Below are positions 1 to 11,295 of a DNA stretch of 64,000 nucleotides, one piece after another. Source of the stretch: Okamejei kenojei (lineage: Eukaryota); NCBI GenBank assembly GCA_035221665.1, contig CM069133.1, positions 7,440,001 to 7,504,000 of the forward strand. Reading direction: 5' to 3'. The stretch's first letter is position 1. Each line of letters opens with the position of its first letter. Both the position numbers and the translations under genes were made by a program. A model generated the notes under the pieces. The model worked only from the letters and a program-made list of their open reading frames with translations. It did no database searches and was not told where the DNA came from.

Positions 1-103
1 GTGGGCCAGAAGTGACTGGTGCACTTTTTTTCTGAGATAAAGCTAAAATTAATGATTGAGATCACTCCGTCGGAGAAGAAATATCTATGCAAAATGAAAT
101 ACT

Positions 104-2215
104 GCGGGACCTTATCAAAGATAATTTTACTTGTCACATCCTCAAAAAATTCCAGAAGATTAGTCAAACATGATATTCCTTTCATAAATCCATGTTGACT
201 TGGACTAATCCTTTTTACTGCTATCTAAATGCCCCATTATTACATAGAAACATAGGTGCAGAGGTAGGCCATTCGGCCCTTCGAGCCTGCACCGCCATTC
301 AATATGATCATGGCTGATCATCCAACTCGGTATCCTGCACCTGCCTTCTCTCCATACCCCGATCCCTTTAGCCACAAGGGCCACAACCCCTTAAATATAG
401 CCAATGAACTGGCCTCAACTACCTTCTGTGGCAGAGAATTCCAGAGACTCACCACTCTGTGTGAAAAATGTTTTCCTCATCTTGGTCCTAAAGGAATTCC
501 CCCTTATTCTTAGACTGTGACACCCTTGTTCTGGACCTCCCCAACATTGGGAACAACCTTCTTGCATCTAGCCTATCCAACCACTTAAGAATTTTGTAAG
601 TTACTATAAGATCCCCCCATCAGTCTTCTAAATTCTAGTGAGTGTAAGCCAAGTCTATCCAGTCTTTCCTCACATGAAAGTCCTGACATCCCAGGAATCA
701 GTGTGGTGAACCTTCTCTGTACCCCCTCTATGGCAAGAATGTCTTTCCTCAGATTAGGAGACCAAAACTGTACGCAATACTCCAGGTGTGGCCTCACCAA
801 GACCCTGTACAACTGCAGTCGAACCTCCCTGCTCTTGTACTCAAATCCTTTCGCTATGAATGCCAACATACCATTCGCTTTTTTCACTGCCTGCTGCACC
901 TGCATGCCTACTTTCAATGACTGGTGTACCATGACACCCAGGTCTCGCTGAATCTCCCCTTTTCCTAATCGGCCACCATTCAGATAATAGTCTACCCTCC
1001 TGTTTTTGCCACCAAAGTGGATAACCTCACATTTATCCACATTATACTGCATCTACCATGCATTTGCCCACTCACCCAGCCTATCCAAGTCGCCTTGCAG
1101 CCTCCTAGCATCCTCCTCACACCTAACACTACCCCCCAGCTTCGTGTCATCCGCAAACTTGGAGATGTTGCATTCAATTCCCTTGTCCAAATCATTAATA
1201 TATATTATTAAAAGCTGGGGTCCCAGCACTGAGCCTTGCGGTACCCCACTAGTCACTGCCTGCCATTCTGAAAATGACCCATTCACTCCTACCCTTTGCT
1301 TCCTGTCTACCAGCCACATCAATACTGAACCCCCAATAACCTCTTTAATAATTGACTCCTGCATCTTTCCCACCACCGAAGTCGGGCTAACTGGTCTGTA
1401 ATTCCCCGTTTTCTCTCTCGCTCCTTTCTTGAAACATGGGATAACATTAACTATCCTCCAATCCACAGGAACTGATCCTGAATCTATTGAACATTGGAAA
1501 ATGATCACCAATGCGTCCACTATTTCTAGAGCCACCTCCCTGAGGACCCTGGGATGCAGACCATCAGGCCCAGGGGATTTATCATCTTTCAGTCCCATTA
1601 GCCTACCCAATACTATTTCTCACCTAATGAACATTTCTTTCAGTTCCTCTACCCCCTTAGATCCCCATGTCCCCAGTACATCTGGGAGATTGTTTGTGTC
1701 TTCCTTAGTGAAGACAGATCCGAAGTACCTGTTCAACTCTTCTGCCATTTCCTTGTTCCCCATAATAATTTCACCCGTGTCTGCCTTCAAGGGACCCACA
1801 TTTGACTTTGCTTTTTCCCTTAAATATCTAAAGAAGCTTTTACTGTTCTTCTTTATATTCCTGGCCAGCTTCCTCTCGTACTTCATCTTTTCAGCCTGTA
1901 TTGCCCGTTTTGTTTCCTTCTGTTGTCCTATGAAATTTTCCCAATCCTCTGGCTTCCGGCCACTCTTTGCTGTGTTATACATTTTTTCTTTTAGTCTTAT
2001 TCTATCTCTGACTTCTCTTGTCATCCACAGTTGCCTCCTACTCCCCTTTTTGGAATGAAGTGATCCTGTGTCTTCCTGATTTTGCCCAGAAATTCCTGCC
2101 ATTGCTCTTCCACCGTCATTCCTGCCAGGATCCCTTTGCAGACCACCTTGGCCTACTCCTCCCTCATGCCTACATAACCCCTTTTGTTCAACTGCATCAC
2201 TGACACTCCGATTTC
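104..2215 (-). mobile_element. CR1-clade LINE composite: older copy (104-243 + ~1340-2215) with a 5'-truncated same-family copy (~244-1338) inserted into it; lies in the intron upstream of the IgM terminal CH exon
   Basis: Minus-strand ORFs 585-1052, 1053-1610 and 1620-2102 carry CR1 RT motifs ([50 protein letters not shown]). The 3' tail (TAGAAACA)n lies at ~244-255. Segment 104-243 matches the RT segment seen contiguously in the copy at ~51080-51250. Confidence 0.9.
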
Positions 2216-2310
2216 ATACAAATCTTCTGCCGTGCACTGGAGAGATGCACATTCAGGTGTATATGTCTGACCAAAGAGACAAGTCACAAAAGAATGCAAT
2301 ACTGTTAATA

Positions 2311-3171
2311 GGGGGTGTGCACGTAAAGTCATTGGGTCATGGGGCTTGACGCACCGAGCCGCTCATCCATCTGGAGGACATCGCAGCTTCCGGTATATGT
2401 TATTAATGCAAGAAACGCGTACTTTCCTACCTGATAAATGTTGAATTTTTGCACTGTAAAACATTGTGGAAGTCGGGGTGAGCGTGAGAGACACGTACCC
2501 AACTTCAGAATTCCAAAAGTGAAATGAAGGTAAAGAGAAGTGAGAGCTGAAGGGACAACAACAGCTAAAGTGCTTGGCAAGCATTGGCCGTGCAGATATC
2601 GGAATTGAAAATATTGGGAATTATCGCGTTTGCTCACTGCATTTCATCAACAGCAAGGCATTATTTGTGTTTTTTCTTGATTCCTTTGGTAACTAAAAAG
2701 TCTCAGAAGTGACTTTCTGGCTGTAAATTTAGCTTCAGAGGCGTTTTCTTTTTGTATGTAGGAACCCACGAGAACCATGGGCGATTTAAAAAAATTACAG
2801 CCAGATTTATCACTTCTGAAATTTTTTAGATGCCAGAGGAATCAAGAAAAACCACAAATGCCTTAGTTGATGAAATGCTGTGAGCAAATGGCTAATGTTC
2901 GCCAAGCACTCTGGCTGTTGTCCCTTCAGCTCTCGCTTCTATCTACCATCATTTCTCCTCACTTTTGGAATTCTGAAGTAGGCTAAATGTCTTTCACTCT
3001 TATCCCGATTTCCATAATTATTTACAGCGCAAAAATAGACAATTTCGACGGTCGGGTTTTAACGGGCCCGCTACGTTGGAAACAATGGTCAGTGCTTACC
3101 TGCAGTTCATCGCGTGTAGCGTGGCAGCAGTAAGGGTCACGGGTCGTGACCCGACTGCCGTGAAACCTTCC
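2311..3171. mobile_element. Non-autonomous foldback/MITE-like DNA element, copy 1
   Basis: Imperfect terminal inverted repeats (GGGGGTGTGCACG / CGTGAAACCTTCC) flanked by TA. Long internal imperfect inverted repeat (~2440-2730 vs ~2791-3045). A second copy lies at 8945-9675. Confidence 0.75.
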
Positions 3172-3203
3172 TATAAATAAACGCCATTTGAATTGTCCCG
3201 TAG

Positions 3204-3595
3204 GTCAACATCTGCTGACACCGTCCGTCTCAGTCCTTCTGCCGCCGACAGAAGAGATCTCTGCGCACAAGACTATCACCCTCACCTGCTTTGTGAGAGG
3301 ATTCTCTCCTCGCAGGGTCTTCGTAACGTGGACACATGATGACAAGCGGGTGGATAGGAGCAAGTACAGGAACACTGAGGTGGCGGCGGAGAGCGGCAAA
3401 GAAACCTTCTTCACCTACAGCCTGTTATCCGTTGGGGCAGAGCAGTGGGCGAGCGGAGCCTCCTTCTCCTGTCTGGTGGGGCACGAAGCGCTCCCCATGA
3501 AGACCATCGTCAGAACGGTCAATAAGTCCAGCGGTAAACCCAGTTTTGTCAACGTTTCCCTTGTATTGATGGACACTGTCAATTCCTGTCAATAA
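3204..3595 (+). CDS. ighm: Immunoglobulin heavy chain mu terminal constant exon (Cmu4) plus secretory tailpiece
   Basis: Acceptor TAG at 3201-3203, phase 1. C1-set Ig domain [40 protein letters not shown]. Tailpiece [20 protein letters not shown] has an NVS glycosylation site and penultimate Cys, resembling chondrichthyan IgM tails as I recall them. Isotype call is from recognition, not a database search. Confidence 0.9.
3531..3540 (+). promoter_or_regulatory. Internal (cryptic) splice donor in Cmu4 used for the membrane form
   Basis: G|GTAAAC after 3533, at the Gly codon of S-G-K. This is the canonical position and phase (1) for IgM CH4-to-TM1 splicing, and it is in frame with TM1 (G+AT = Asp). 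Confidence 0.85.
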
Positions 3596-3622
3596 GAATG
3601 AATTCGTTTCAATTTTCTCTGA

Positions 3623-3638
3623 AATAAATACTAATAAA
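3623..3638 (+). terminator. Tandem polyadenylation signals of the secretory IgM transcript
   Basis: AATAAA at 3623-3628 and 3633-3638, 28-38 nt after the stop codon. Confidence 0.75.
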
Positions 3639-4149
3639 ATACATTTAACTTCCAATCTTGAGCTGAACACATGGCCGCCCAATTAATTATGTAGGAAATT
3701 TGCCAAAACGATGACTATATATTAACGTTGATACTTGATTATCTTGGCGACCATTCACGGAAAACGGATGCAGACTGCGCGCACAGTAACACCGAGGTTT
3801 TGGAGATAAGTCACAGCCTGCACGGACACACTTCAACATTATTGCTCTTGCTGGGCAGATATGGGTCCATGTCTGTGGATCTCCAGTTCTCTCCTGCTTC
3901 TGTTTCCAATCCATGCCGCTCCGAGAAAAAAAGTAGCAACTCGCCCTCCTCCACCCGCATGAGGGGAACTTGTAATTTTCCGTGCGTCTGTCACGCATAT
4001 TTCTGCACACATTTCTATTTCCACACATAGATTGAAATGCGCATTCAATGTCTTATTATGTGAACGCTCATCTGCACAATCACGTGTAACGTTTACATAG
4101 TGCCATGTACTCAACATATTTGCACACTTGCACGAGGATTAACAACATA

Positions 4150-4200
4150 AACACACACACACACATACACACACGCACGCACACACACGCACGCACACAA
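4150..4200. repeat. (CA)n/(CACG)n microsatellite
   Basis: Directly visible. Confidence 0.9.
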
Positions 4201-4292
4201 ATGCGCCCCAAAAGAAGGAATGAGAGTGGAACCTCCATATATTAATGAAAGTCTTCAGGAACGCAGTCCAAACAGCCGTTACCAATGCAATA

Positions 4293-4633
4293 ACCATATA
4301 ACAATGACAGCACGGAAACAGGCCATCTCGGCCCTTCTAGTCCGTGCCGAACACTTACTCTCACCTAGTCCCATCTATCTGCAACCTGACCATAACCCTC
4401 CGTTCCTTTCCCGTCCATATACCTATCCAATTTATTTTTAGAAACATAGAAAATAGGTGCAGGAGGAGGCCCTTCGAGCCAGCACCGCCATTCATTGTGA
4501 TCATGGCTGATCGTCCGCTATCAATAACCCGTGCCTGCCTTCTCCCCATATCCCTTGACTCCACTAGCCCCTAGAGCTCTATCCAACTCTCTCTTAAATC
4601 TCTCTCTTAAATCCATCCAGTGATTTGGCCTCC
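4293..4633 (-). mobile_element. Two adjacent LINE/SINE 3'-end fragments (CR1-family tails)
   Basis: GAAACAGGCCATCTCGGCCC tail at ~4315, and TAGAAACATAGAAAATAGGTGCAGGAGG...GCACCGCCATTC tail from 4439. The latter matches the 3' end of the long LINE copies. Confidence 0.75.
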
Positions 4634-5184
4634 TTTAAATGATAAAAATGAAAGCAACGTAATTCCAAGTACAACTAAGTGCAACTTAACAGCTCAGGAA
4701 TAAAGTGTCACCAGAATAGATTATTCCCATGAAGAAGTGGGCCATTTAATTTCGGGTCGAGAATACTGTGGCGCTCAGTTAATAAACAGGCATCGCTCCT
4801 GATAGTGTGTGCAGGCGATTGATGGGATAACCGCTATGACTGGCTGGTGAGAACACGAACATCGAGCCCAATATCAGATGCGGCGAGAGATTTATTAGCA
4901 CCCGGCTCGAGCATTAGACAAGGGCAACTCCGTTTCCATCTCTCCCCCTGATGTACACGGAGTACACTCGTCACAAAGCATCAGCCAGCGCACGGAAATA
5001 AAATAATTTATGGGTCGGATAGAAACATACATGAAACGTAATTAACGACATATATACACCATAGTACATGGACATGCAGCTGAACAGACCAGCAATCAAA
5101 CATTCTGTAAAATACAAAATAATAGGAACGGTTATCTAAAAGCGCATATTTACACAATATAAAACACATGAAAATACAACACAA

Positions 5185-5375
5185 ATACACGCACACACAC
5201 GCACCCACACACACACACACTCACGCACACACAGGCACACACTCACAATCACACTCACGCGCAAACACACACAAACATACTGGCACACACCCACACGCAC
5301 CCACACACACACGCACACACACACACACACGCACACACGCACACACACACACACACATATACACATACACACAAC
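5185..5375. repeat. Compound (CA)n microsatellite
   Basis: Directly visible; source of the spurious HT/VC-repeat ORFs. Confidence 0.9.
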
Positions 5376-6091
5376 CATGAACCAATACGAAAACTATGTT
5401 AGGATTTAAGCAAACTTATACTTATTCGCACACGCCTACCCAGTTAAAGGCAAATGGAAGGGCAATTCAGATCATTTAACCAGTAGTTTTCCACGCGTTC
5501 CAAAAGACTAAGTGTAACTGTAGATTAATTCATGTTCCATATTTTACACCAGAAAAAATATTGCCTATTAAATAGTTTAAAGCTATTTTTGTACACAAGC
5601 CTTCCTCCTTTAGCTACCCGAAAACAGGATACATCAGACAACAGGGTTCTAATGTGGGAATTATGGCAAATTGTTGGGAGCCAATGTTTGCATTCAGTGA
5701 GTTCCTTCGCCGAGCTCCGGTCACCATCTCCAAATAAAGGTTTAAGATAACATTGTAAGCAATAACCAGTTTCCATTTTTATACCATCTCGGTTAGTCAA
5801 TTATATTAATGGGAAGCGGACGTTTATAGAATGAACAATTAATCCCAGAAAGATAAATACACATGGCTTTCTCTAAAACTATTCATAAACGATTCTTTAT
5901 TGGCTGCTGTGGTTACAAATGGCCATTATTTTGTATATATTTATTGAGGGTGATTACCTCAACGTAAAAACAGTTCATAATAAATCAATATCCCAATATT
6001 ATTATTCGTATTGTTTTGGTGAGTAATACATAAAAAACAATGTTCAATATTAGAATATATTGTGAACGTCTTCGCGTTCTGCTTTGCGTAG

Positions 6092-6219
6092 ATTACGCCG
6101 ACGACGTTCGTCTTGAGGACTACGAGGAAGACAGAGACAACATCTGGACAACCGCTTCCACATTCATTATCCTGTTCTTCCTGAGCATTTCCTATGGCGC
6201 TGCCGTAACTCTGGTGAAG
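6092..6219 (+). CDS. ighm: IgM transmembrane exon TM1
   Basis: Acceptor TAG at 6089-6091 (phase 1), donor AAG|GTGAGT at 6220. Encodes (D)YADDVRLEDYEEDRDNIWTTASTFIILFFLSISYGAAVTLVK: an acidic spacer plus the conserved antigen-receptor TM (CART) motif TF..LF.LS..Y. Confidence 0.92.
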
Positions 6220-6335
6220 GTGAGTTCATTCCACTTACTTTTCCACCTGATTGAAGAGTCGGGCAAAATATAGATTATCGTACTCTTTGAATGTCCTGGT
6301 ATCTTAGTCACAGACTGCTAATGCACTTTCATATT

Positions 6336-6788
6336 AGAAACATAGAAAATAGGTGCAGGAGTAAGCCATTCGGCCCTACGTGCCTGCACCGCCATTCAAT
6401 ATGATCATGGCTGATCATCCAACTCAGTATCCTGTACCTGCCTTCTCTCCATACCCCCTGATCCCTCTAGCCACAAGGGCCACATCCAACTCCCTCTTAA
6501 ATATAGCCAAAGAACTGGCCTCGACTACCTTCTGTGGCAGAGAATTCCAGAGATTCACCACCTTCTGTGTGAAAAATGTTTTTCACATCTAGGTCCTAAA
6601 AGATTTCCCCTTATCCTTAAATTGTGACCCCTTGTTCTGGACTTCCCCAACATCGGGAACAATCTTCCTGCATCTAGCCTGTCCAACCCCTTAAGAATTT
6701 TGTAAGTTTCTATAAGATCCCCCCTCAATCTTCTAAATTCTAGCGAGTACAAGTCGAGTCTATCCAGTCTTTCTTCATATGAAAGTCC
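6336..6788 (-). mobile_element. 5'-truncated CR1-family LINE in the TM1-TM2 intron
   Basis: Near-identical to the 3' end of the LINE at 244-690. ORF2 C-terminus LSYEERLDRL..SLEFRRLRGDLIETYKIL. Flanked by CATATT at 6330-6335 and 6798-6803 (candidate TSD). Confidence 0.9.
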
Positions 6789-6821
6789 ATATAATACCAT
6801 ATTCTCTCCCTCTCTTTACAG

Positions 6822-6830
6822 ATCAAGTGA
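6822..6830 (+). CDS. ighm: IgM TM2 exon coding part (Ile-Lys-stop; cytoplasmic tail KIK)
   Basis: Strong polypyrimidine tract TTCTCTCCCTCTCTTTACAG ending at 6821, followed by ATC AAG TGA. Phase 0 matches the TM1 donor; equivalent to the canonical VK* TM2. Confidence 0.8.
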   Translation: MK

Positions 6831-7189
6831 TGAATGAATGCTGAAAATCGCGTATTTTTCTGACCGGTCCATGGATAATATCCGTTGTAACCAAGGGAAA
6901 TGTTCCAATCTGAAACGGACAATATCATAAGCAATAGTTCATTCTGTCGATCTGACTTGTTTGATATTGTTTAGTTGCCTTTAGTATAGCGTTAATGTAT
7001 CAAATTGTAATCGTAATTTGAATATCATGTGAAAATAAGTCGGTTTTCTCAAACGGTATACATGTTGTTTTTTTAAACTGTTTTTCTATACATTCTCTTT
7101 TTCTTTACATGGGTCATATTCGTGTCATTCCGGCGTTGAATGCCGTTGTATAGAATTGCGTGACATCGCAAACTTCATGTTAAATTCAG

Positions 7190-7430
7190 ACACACCATCT
7201 ATGCCTGTCATTATTCTAAAAACTTCTATTGGGTCTTCCTTCAACCTCCCTCCGAAGCTCCAAAGAAAATAATCCATGTTTAGCTCGTCACTTCTTATAC
7301 CTAATAACTCTAACCCTTGCAGCATTTTAGTAAACCTCTTCTGCATCTTCTCCAAAGCCTCTACATTATTCCTTCGAAGGGACTACCTGACCTCCACACT
7401 ATACTCCAAGTGCGGCCTAACCGAGGTCCC
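7190..7430 (-). mobile_element. Old, diverged CR1-like LINE 3' fragment within the putative TM 3'UTR
   Basis: Minus-strand translation EKMQKRFTKMLQGLELL..RLKEDPIEVFRIMTGID resembles the CR1 ORF2 C-terminus. Confidence 0.65.
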
Positions 7431-7433
7431 ATA

Positions 7434-7688
7434 AATAAAATGTAATGTAAATGCATGTGTAAATACATACCCGAAAATCCAAATGCGTGCACACATTCCG
7501 TGTATGAGAAAATATCTCTTTACTCCTTTTTCTGCACAATTGTCCTCTCCATAATTCAGAGCTAATCTTCGACTCGAGCTAAATGTTGAGTGTACCTGTT
7601 GTCATGTGGAATTCAGTTGTTTTGACCACTTTGTGTTATGCTTTTAAAAGCTTCTCTGTACTATATTTTCTGTGAAATTACAAATAAA
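7434..7688 (+). terminator. Candidate polyA signals for the membrane IgM transcript
   Basis: AATAAA at 7434-7439 and 7683-7688. Which one is used cannot be told from sequence. Confidence 0.45.
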
Positions 7689-7874
7689 AGCGGAACTACA
7701 TAAAGCCGAACCTGGTTTGCTATGTTCATTTCTCGAAGGAACCAGCACCTGGAGCTAAATACGCTCTCGTATTTCTTCATGCTCCACCATTTGCCCAAAG
7801 ATAGTTTCTCTCAAATCGCCACTGGCTGGTAGAATAGGAATCACTTCTAGCGCTCGGGTGTCTGATAACGTTAA

Positions 7875-8066
7875 TGCTCCTGTCCCACTTAGGAAACCTC
7901 TGGAGACTTTGCGTCCCACCCCAGGTTTCCGTGCGGTTTCCCTCAGTCCTCTCGAAAGCTCGTTTAAAAAATCTGTGTAGCTGAGGTGGTTGCCGCTAAC
8001 TTGGGTGGGGTTGCAAAGTCTCCAGAGGTTTCGTTCAGTTCAGGTTTCCTAAGTGGGACAGGGGCA
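7875..8066. mobile_element. MITE (CCTGTCCCACTT-type TIR; PIF/Harbinger- or Kolobok-like, unresolved)
   Basis: TIRs TGCTCCTGTCCCACTTAGGAAACC / GGTTTCCTAAGTGGGACAGGGGCA, flanked by TTAA and TTAG. Confidence 0.75.
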
Positions 8067-8944
8067 TTAGGTCATATATATTTGAGTGCATTTTATGGCA
8101 AAGTTCCAGGAGAAACTTTTCGCAACCGCCCCTTATACAGTGACTATCTTCGACAAATAGGTCGTCGTGACGAACTGTCTGCTCCACCAAGCACTAAGCA
8201 ATATCACAATACCTTCTTATATGTCTGTCGAGTATTCAGAAAAATGTTTCAAAGCAACGAGTGTGCACTTGATGCAGCCAACACCGTCAGAGAGACCAGC
8301 AAAGTACGTGGGTATGATTCTGGGTATGGAGTCTAGAACGGGCAAGAGATAAGGATAGACATTAAGAATTTATCGTCAGCATCTGGAATTAGTTGGGATC
8401 ACATTACACCAACGGATGGTAAATGAGTTCAGATCGATTTGCCTCGTACCCATCTTGGTTACGCTTTCACTTCGACGTTGTTGCGGCCTTTGATGGCGAG
8501 GAGTGAGGGAATATCGCCCCCCAAATAAGAATAGTCCATACGGAGACACAAAGCGATGCAATCTACTTGTCCCACTAGTTGGGTATCATGGACTAGTCTC
8601 GTTTGGTTGCATTTGGCCCATTCAGCGCATTATCAGGGTAACTGCGACTACAGTTATTGGGCCCAGTGTAATTTGTATAGAGATTGGGCCTACTTTCCGT
8701 GGCTTAATGCAAGACCAACTCTGTGTGCTTTGTGTGCTTTGTGTTTCCGGACCTTAGGTTGTTTGAATATTGAGTGGGTCTGTCGTCATAGGGCCCAATG
8801 TCGGGCCTGTGTTCCCTCCAGATCTACCACCCTTAGGAGAGATAGAGCATATTTTAGAAGTTTTGCCACCAAAGTTAAATCAGTAATATGACGTGAAAAG
8901 ACTTATTCGGCACCAGGGCCGAGTTGAGTCCCTTAATGGGTATA

Positions 8945-9675
8945 GGGGGGTTGCACGTAAGGTCACTGGGTCATAGGGCTTGATGCACTGAGCCGCTTAA
9001 TCCATCTGGAGGACATCCATAACTTCCGGTATTTGTTATTAATACAAGAAACGCATACTTTCCAACCTGTTAAAAACCACCAAAATGTTGAATTTGTGCA
9101 CTTTAAAAAATTGTGGAAGTCGGGGTAAGCGTGAAAGACATGTACCCACCTTCAGAATTCCAAAAGTGAAGCGAAATGAAGGCAAAGAATATCTAAAAAG
9201 TCTCAGAAGTGATAAATCTGGCTGTAAATTTTGCTTCAGAGGCGTTTTCTTTTTGTATGTAAAAACCCACTTGAGAACCATGGGCGATTTTTAAATTTTA
9301 CAGCCAGATTTATCACTTCTGAAACTTTTTAGATGCCAAAGGAATCAAGAAAAAAACACAAATAATGCCTTAGTTGATGAAATGCATTGAGCAAACGGGC
9401 AATGTTCGCCAAGCCCTCTGGCTGTTGTTGTCCCTTCAGCTCTCATTACTATCTACCGTCATTTCTCCTCACTTTTGGAATTCTGAAGTAGGCTAAATGT
9501 CTCTCGCGCTTATCCCGATTTCCATAATTATTTACAGCGCAATAATTGACAATTTAACGGGCCCCCTACGCTGGAAACAATGGTAAGTGCTTACCTGCAG
9601 TTCATCGCGTGTACTCCAGTTGGCGTAGCAACAGTATGGGTCATGGGTCGTGACCCGACTGCCGTGAAACCTCCC
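8945..9675. mobile_element. Non-autonomous foldback/MITE-like element, copy 2 (same orientation as copy 1; part of the left internal arm deleted)
   Basis: Colinear similarity to 2311-3171, including both termini. Confidence 0.75.
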
Positions 9676-9818
9676 TTTCAACGTGCACCTGATGTGCTTA
9701 GATTCTCGCAGAGGCTCTTGCGAATAGTTTGGCAGAAGCAGGTCATACCAAGGGTTTGGAGGAGGGCAGGTCCACGAGTAAAAAAGGTTGTGAATTAGAT
9801 TGTGGAAGTGGGACAGGC

Positions 9819-10070
9819 CCTTTACAGTGCCAGACACCAGGGTTCAATCCGGACTGGGTGCTGTCTGTATGGAGTTTGTAAGTTCTTCCCATGGCCGTGT
9901 GGGTTTTCTCCCAAACTCCTAAGACATACACGTTTCCAGGTAATTGGCTTTAGAAAGACGTAACATTGTCCCTAGTGTGTGTAGGTTAGTGTGCAGAGCG
10001 ATCGCTGGTCGGAGCGGACTCGGTGAGCTGAAAGGCCTGTTTGTGCGCAGTTTCTCTGGTCTAAAGTAAA
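9819..10070 (+). mobile_element. tRNA-derived V-SINE (HE1-like), 5'-truncated
   Basis: B box GGTTCAATCC at ~9841; V-domain-like GCTGTCTGTATGGAGTTTG..TTCTTCCC..GTGGGTTTTCTCC; TTGTCCCTAGTGTGT; LINE-derived tail GGCCTGTTT. Confidence 0.75.
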
Positions 10071-10104
10071 ATGTATTAAAAAAATGTAAAAAAATTTAAA
10101 AATC

Positions 10105-11295
10105 ATGACAAACATCGATGAGGTAGACGGTCAGAATGTGTTTCCCTGGATGGAAATATCAAATATCAAACAGCCTGGCAGTATTTGGTACATGGATGAG
10201 GGGGGCAAGGTTTGAAGGAGATGCAAGGCACGTTTTGTAAGAGAGTTTTAGGTTGTAGGAAGATAGCGGAGTCAGGGGATATGGAGAGAAAGCAGGAACG
10301 GGGTACTGATTGGGGATGATCAGCCATGATCACATTGAATGGCGGTGCTGGCTCAAAGGGCCGAAAAGCTGACTCCTGCACCTATTGTCTATTGAACAGA
10401 ATTGGGCATTTGGCATCGAGTCTACTCTGCCATTCAATCATAGCTGGTCTATTCCTCTCAACTACATTCTCCTGCCTACTCCCCATAACCCCTGACACCT
10501 GCACTAAACAAGAATCTTATCAACCTCCACCTTAAAAATATCCACTGACGTGGCCTCCACAGCCTTTTGCAGAAAGATTTCCACAGAGTCATCTCCCGCC
10601 GACTAAAGATATTTCTCCTCGTCTCCTTCCTGAAGCTTCCAAGGAAGACCAGAACCTATTAGGGGGGTTCCCTGAGAGACCAATTGTTGGCTAGGGACAG
10701 TGTGATGCCAAGAGAGTGGCGAGTCTGTGATTCTCACAGAGAGTGTTGAGTCTGTGGAATTGTCTGCCTCAGAGGGCGGTGGAGGCAGGTTCTCTGGATG
10801 CTTTCAAGAGCTAGATAGGGGTCTTAAAGATAGCAGAGTCAGGGGATCTGGGGAGAAGGCAGGAATGGGATACTGATTGGGGATGATCAGCCATGATCAC
10901 ATTGAATGGCAGTGCTGGCTCGAAGGGCCAAATGGCCTGCTCCTGCACCTATTGTCTATTGTCTAAGAGGGATGCTTCTTTGCAAACTCAAACTGGTTAA
11001 CCGTTTTTTAGTGAGTGAAGGGGGGGGGGGGGCAGGGAAGTGATGTTTCAGGTTGGGACCCTTCTTCAATTTGATTGGGCGGCGACAGTTGGAGTGGGAG
11101 GGGGGTAAGGAAGAGACAATTTCACCCCTTCCACTACAAGACGGTTAACCAGTTCACAGCGATGTCTCCCTTTTGAATATGGGGAGAAGGAGGAGCGGGT
11201 TACTGATTGGGGATCAGCCATGATCACATTGAATGGCGGTGCTGGCTCAAAGGGCCGAATGGCCTCCTCCACCTATTTTCTATGTTTCTATGTTT
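10105..11295. mobile_element. Cluster of short CR1-family 3'-end fragments (+ at ~10105-10395, ~10725-10965, ~11175-11295; - at ~10400-10640)
   Basis: Repeated GATCAGCCATGATCACATTGAATGGCGGTGCTGGCTC..GGGCCGAATGGCCT 3' ends with short tandem tails. Confidence 0.75.

Noticed and set aside
3188-3203. ORF-track start (MNCPV) for the Ig domain, and likewise 6040-6091 and 6220-6273 around TM1
   Set aside because: These are intronic extensions; true boundaries are set by the splice sites.
3204-3595. IgW or IgNAR assignment
   Set aside because: The tailpiece ..LMDTVNSCQ and TM1 ..TFIILFFLSI.Y.AAVTLVK fit chondrichthyan IgM better as I recall them. Not excluded without an alignment.
3700-5100. Possible intronic/3' Ig enhancer (E-boxes CATCTG, CACGTG, CAGATG; near-octamer ATTTGCAC at ~4118)
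   Set aside because: Short motifs are expected by chance; I noticed no perfect octamer and have no conservation evidence.
5008-5380. His/Thr- and Val/Cys-rich ORFs
   Set aside because: Translation of a (CA)n microsatellite.
8355-8942. Possible additional TIR element (TAGACATTAAG .. CTTAATGGGTA)
   Set aside because: The terminal match is too short and imperfect, and there is no second copy in the window.
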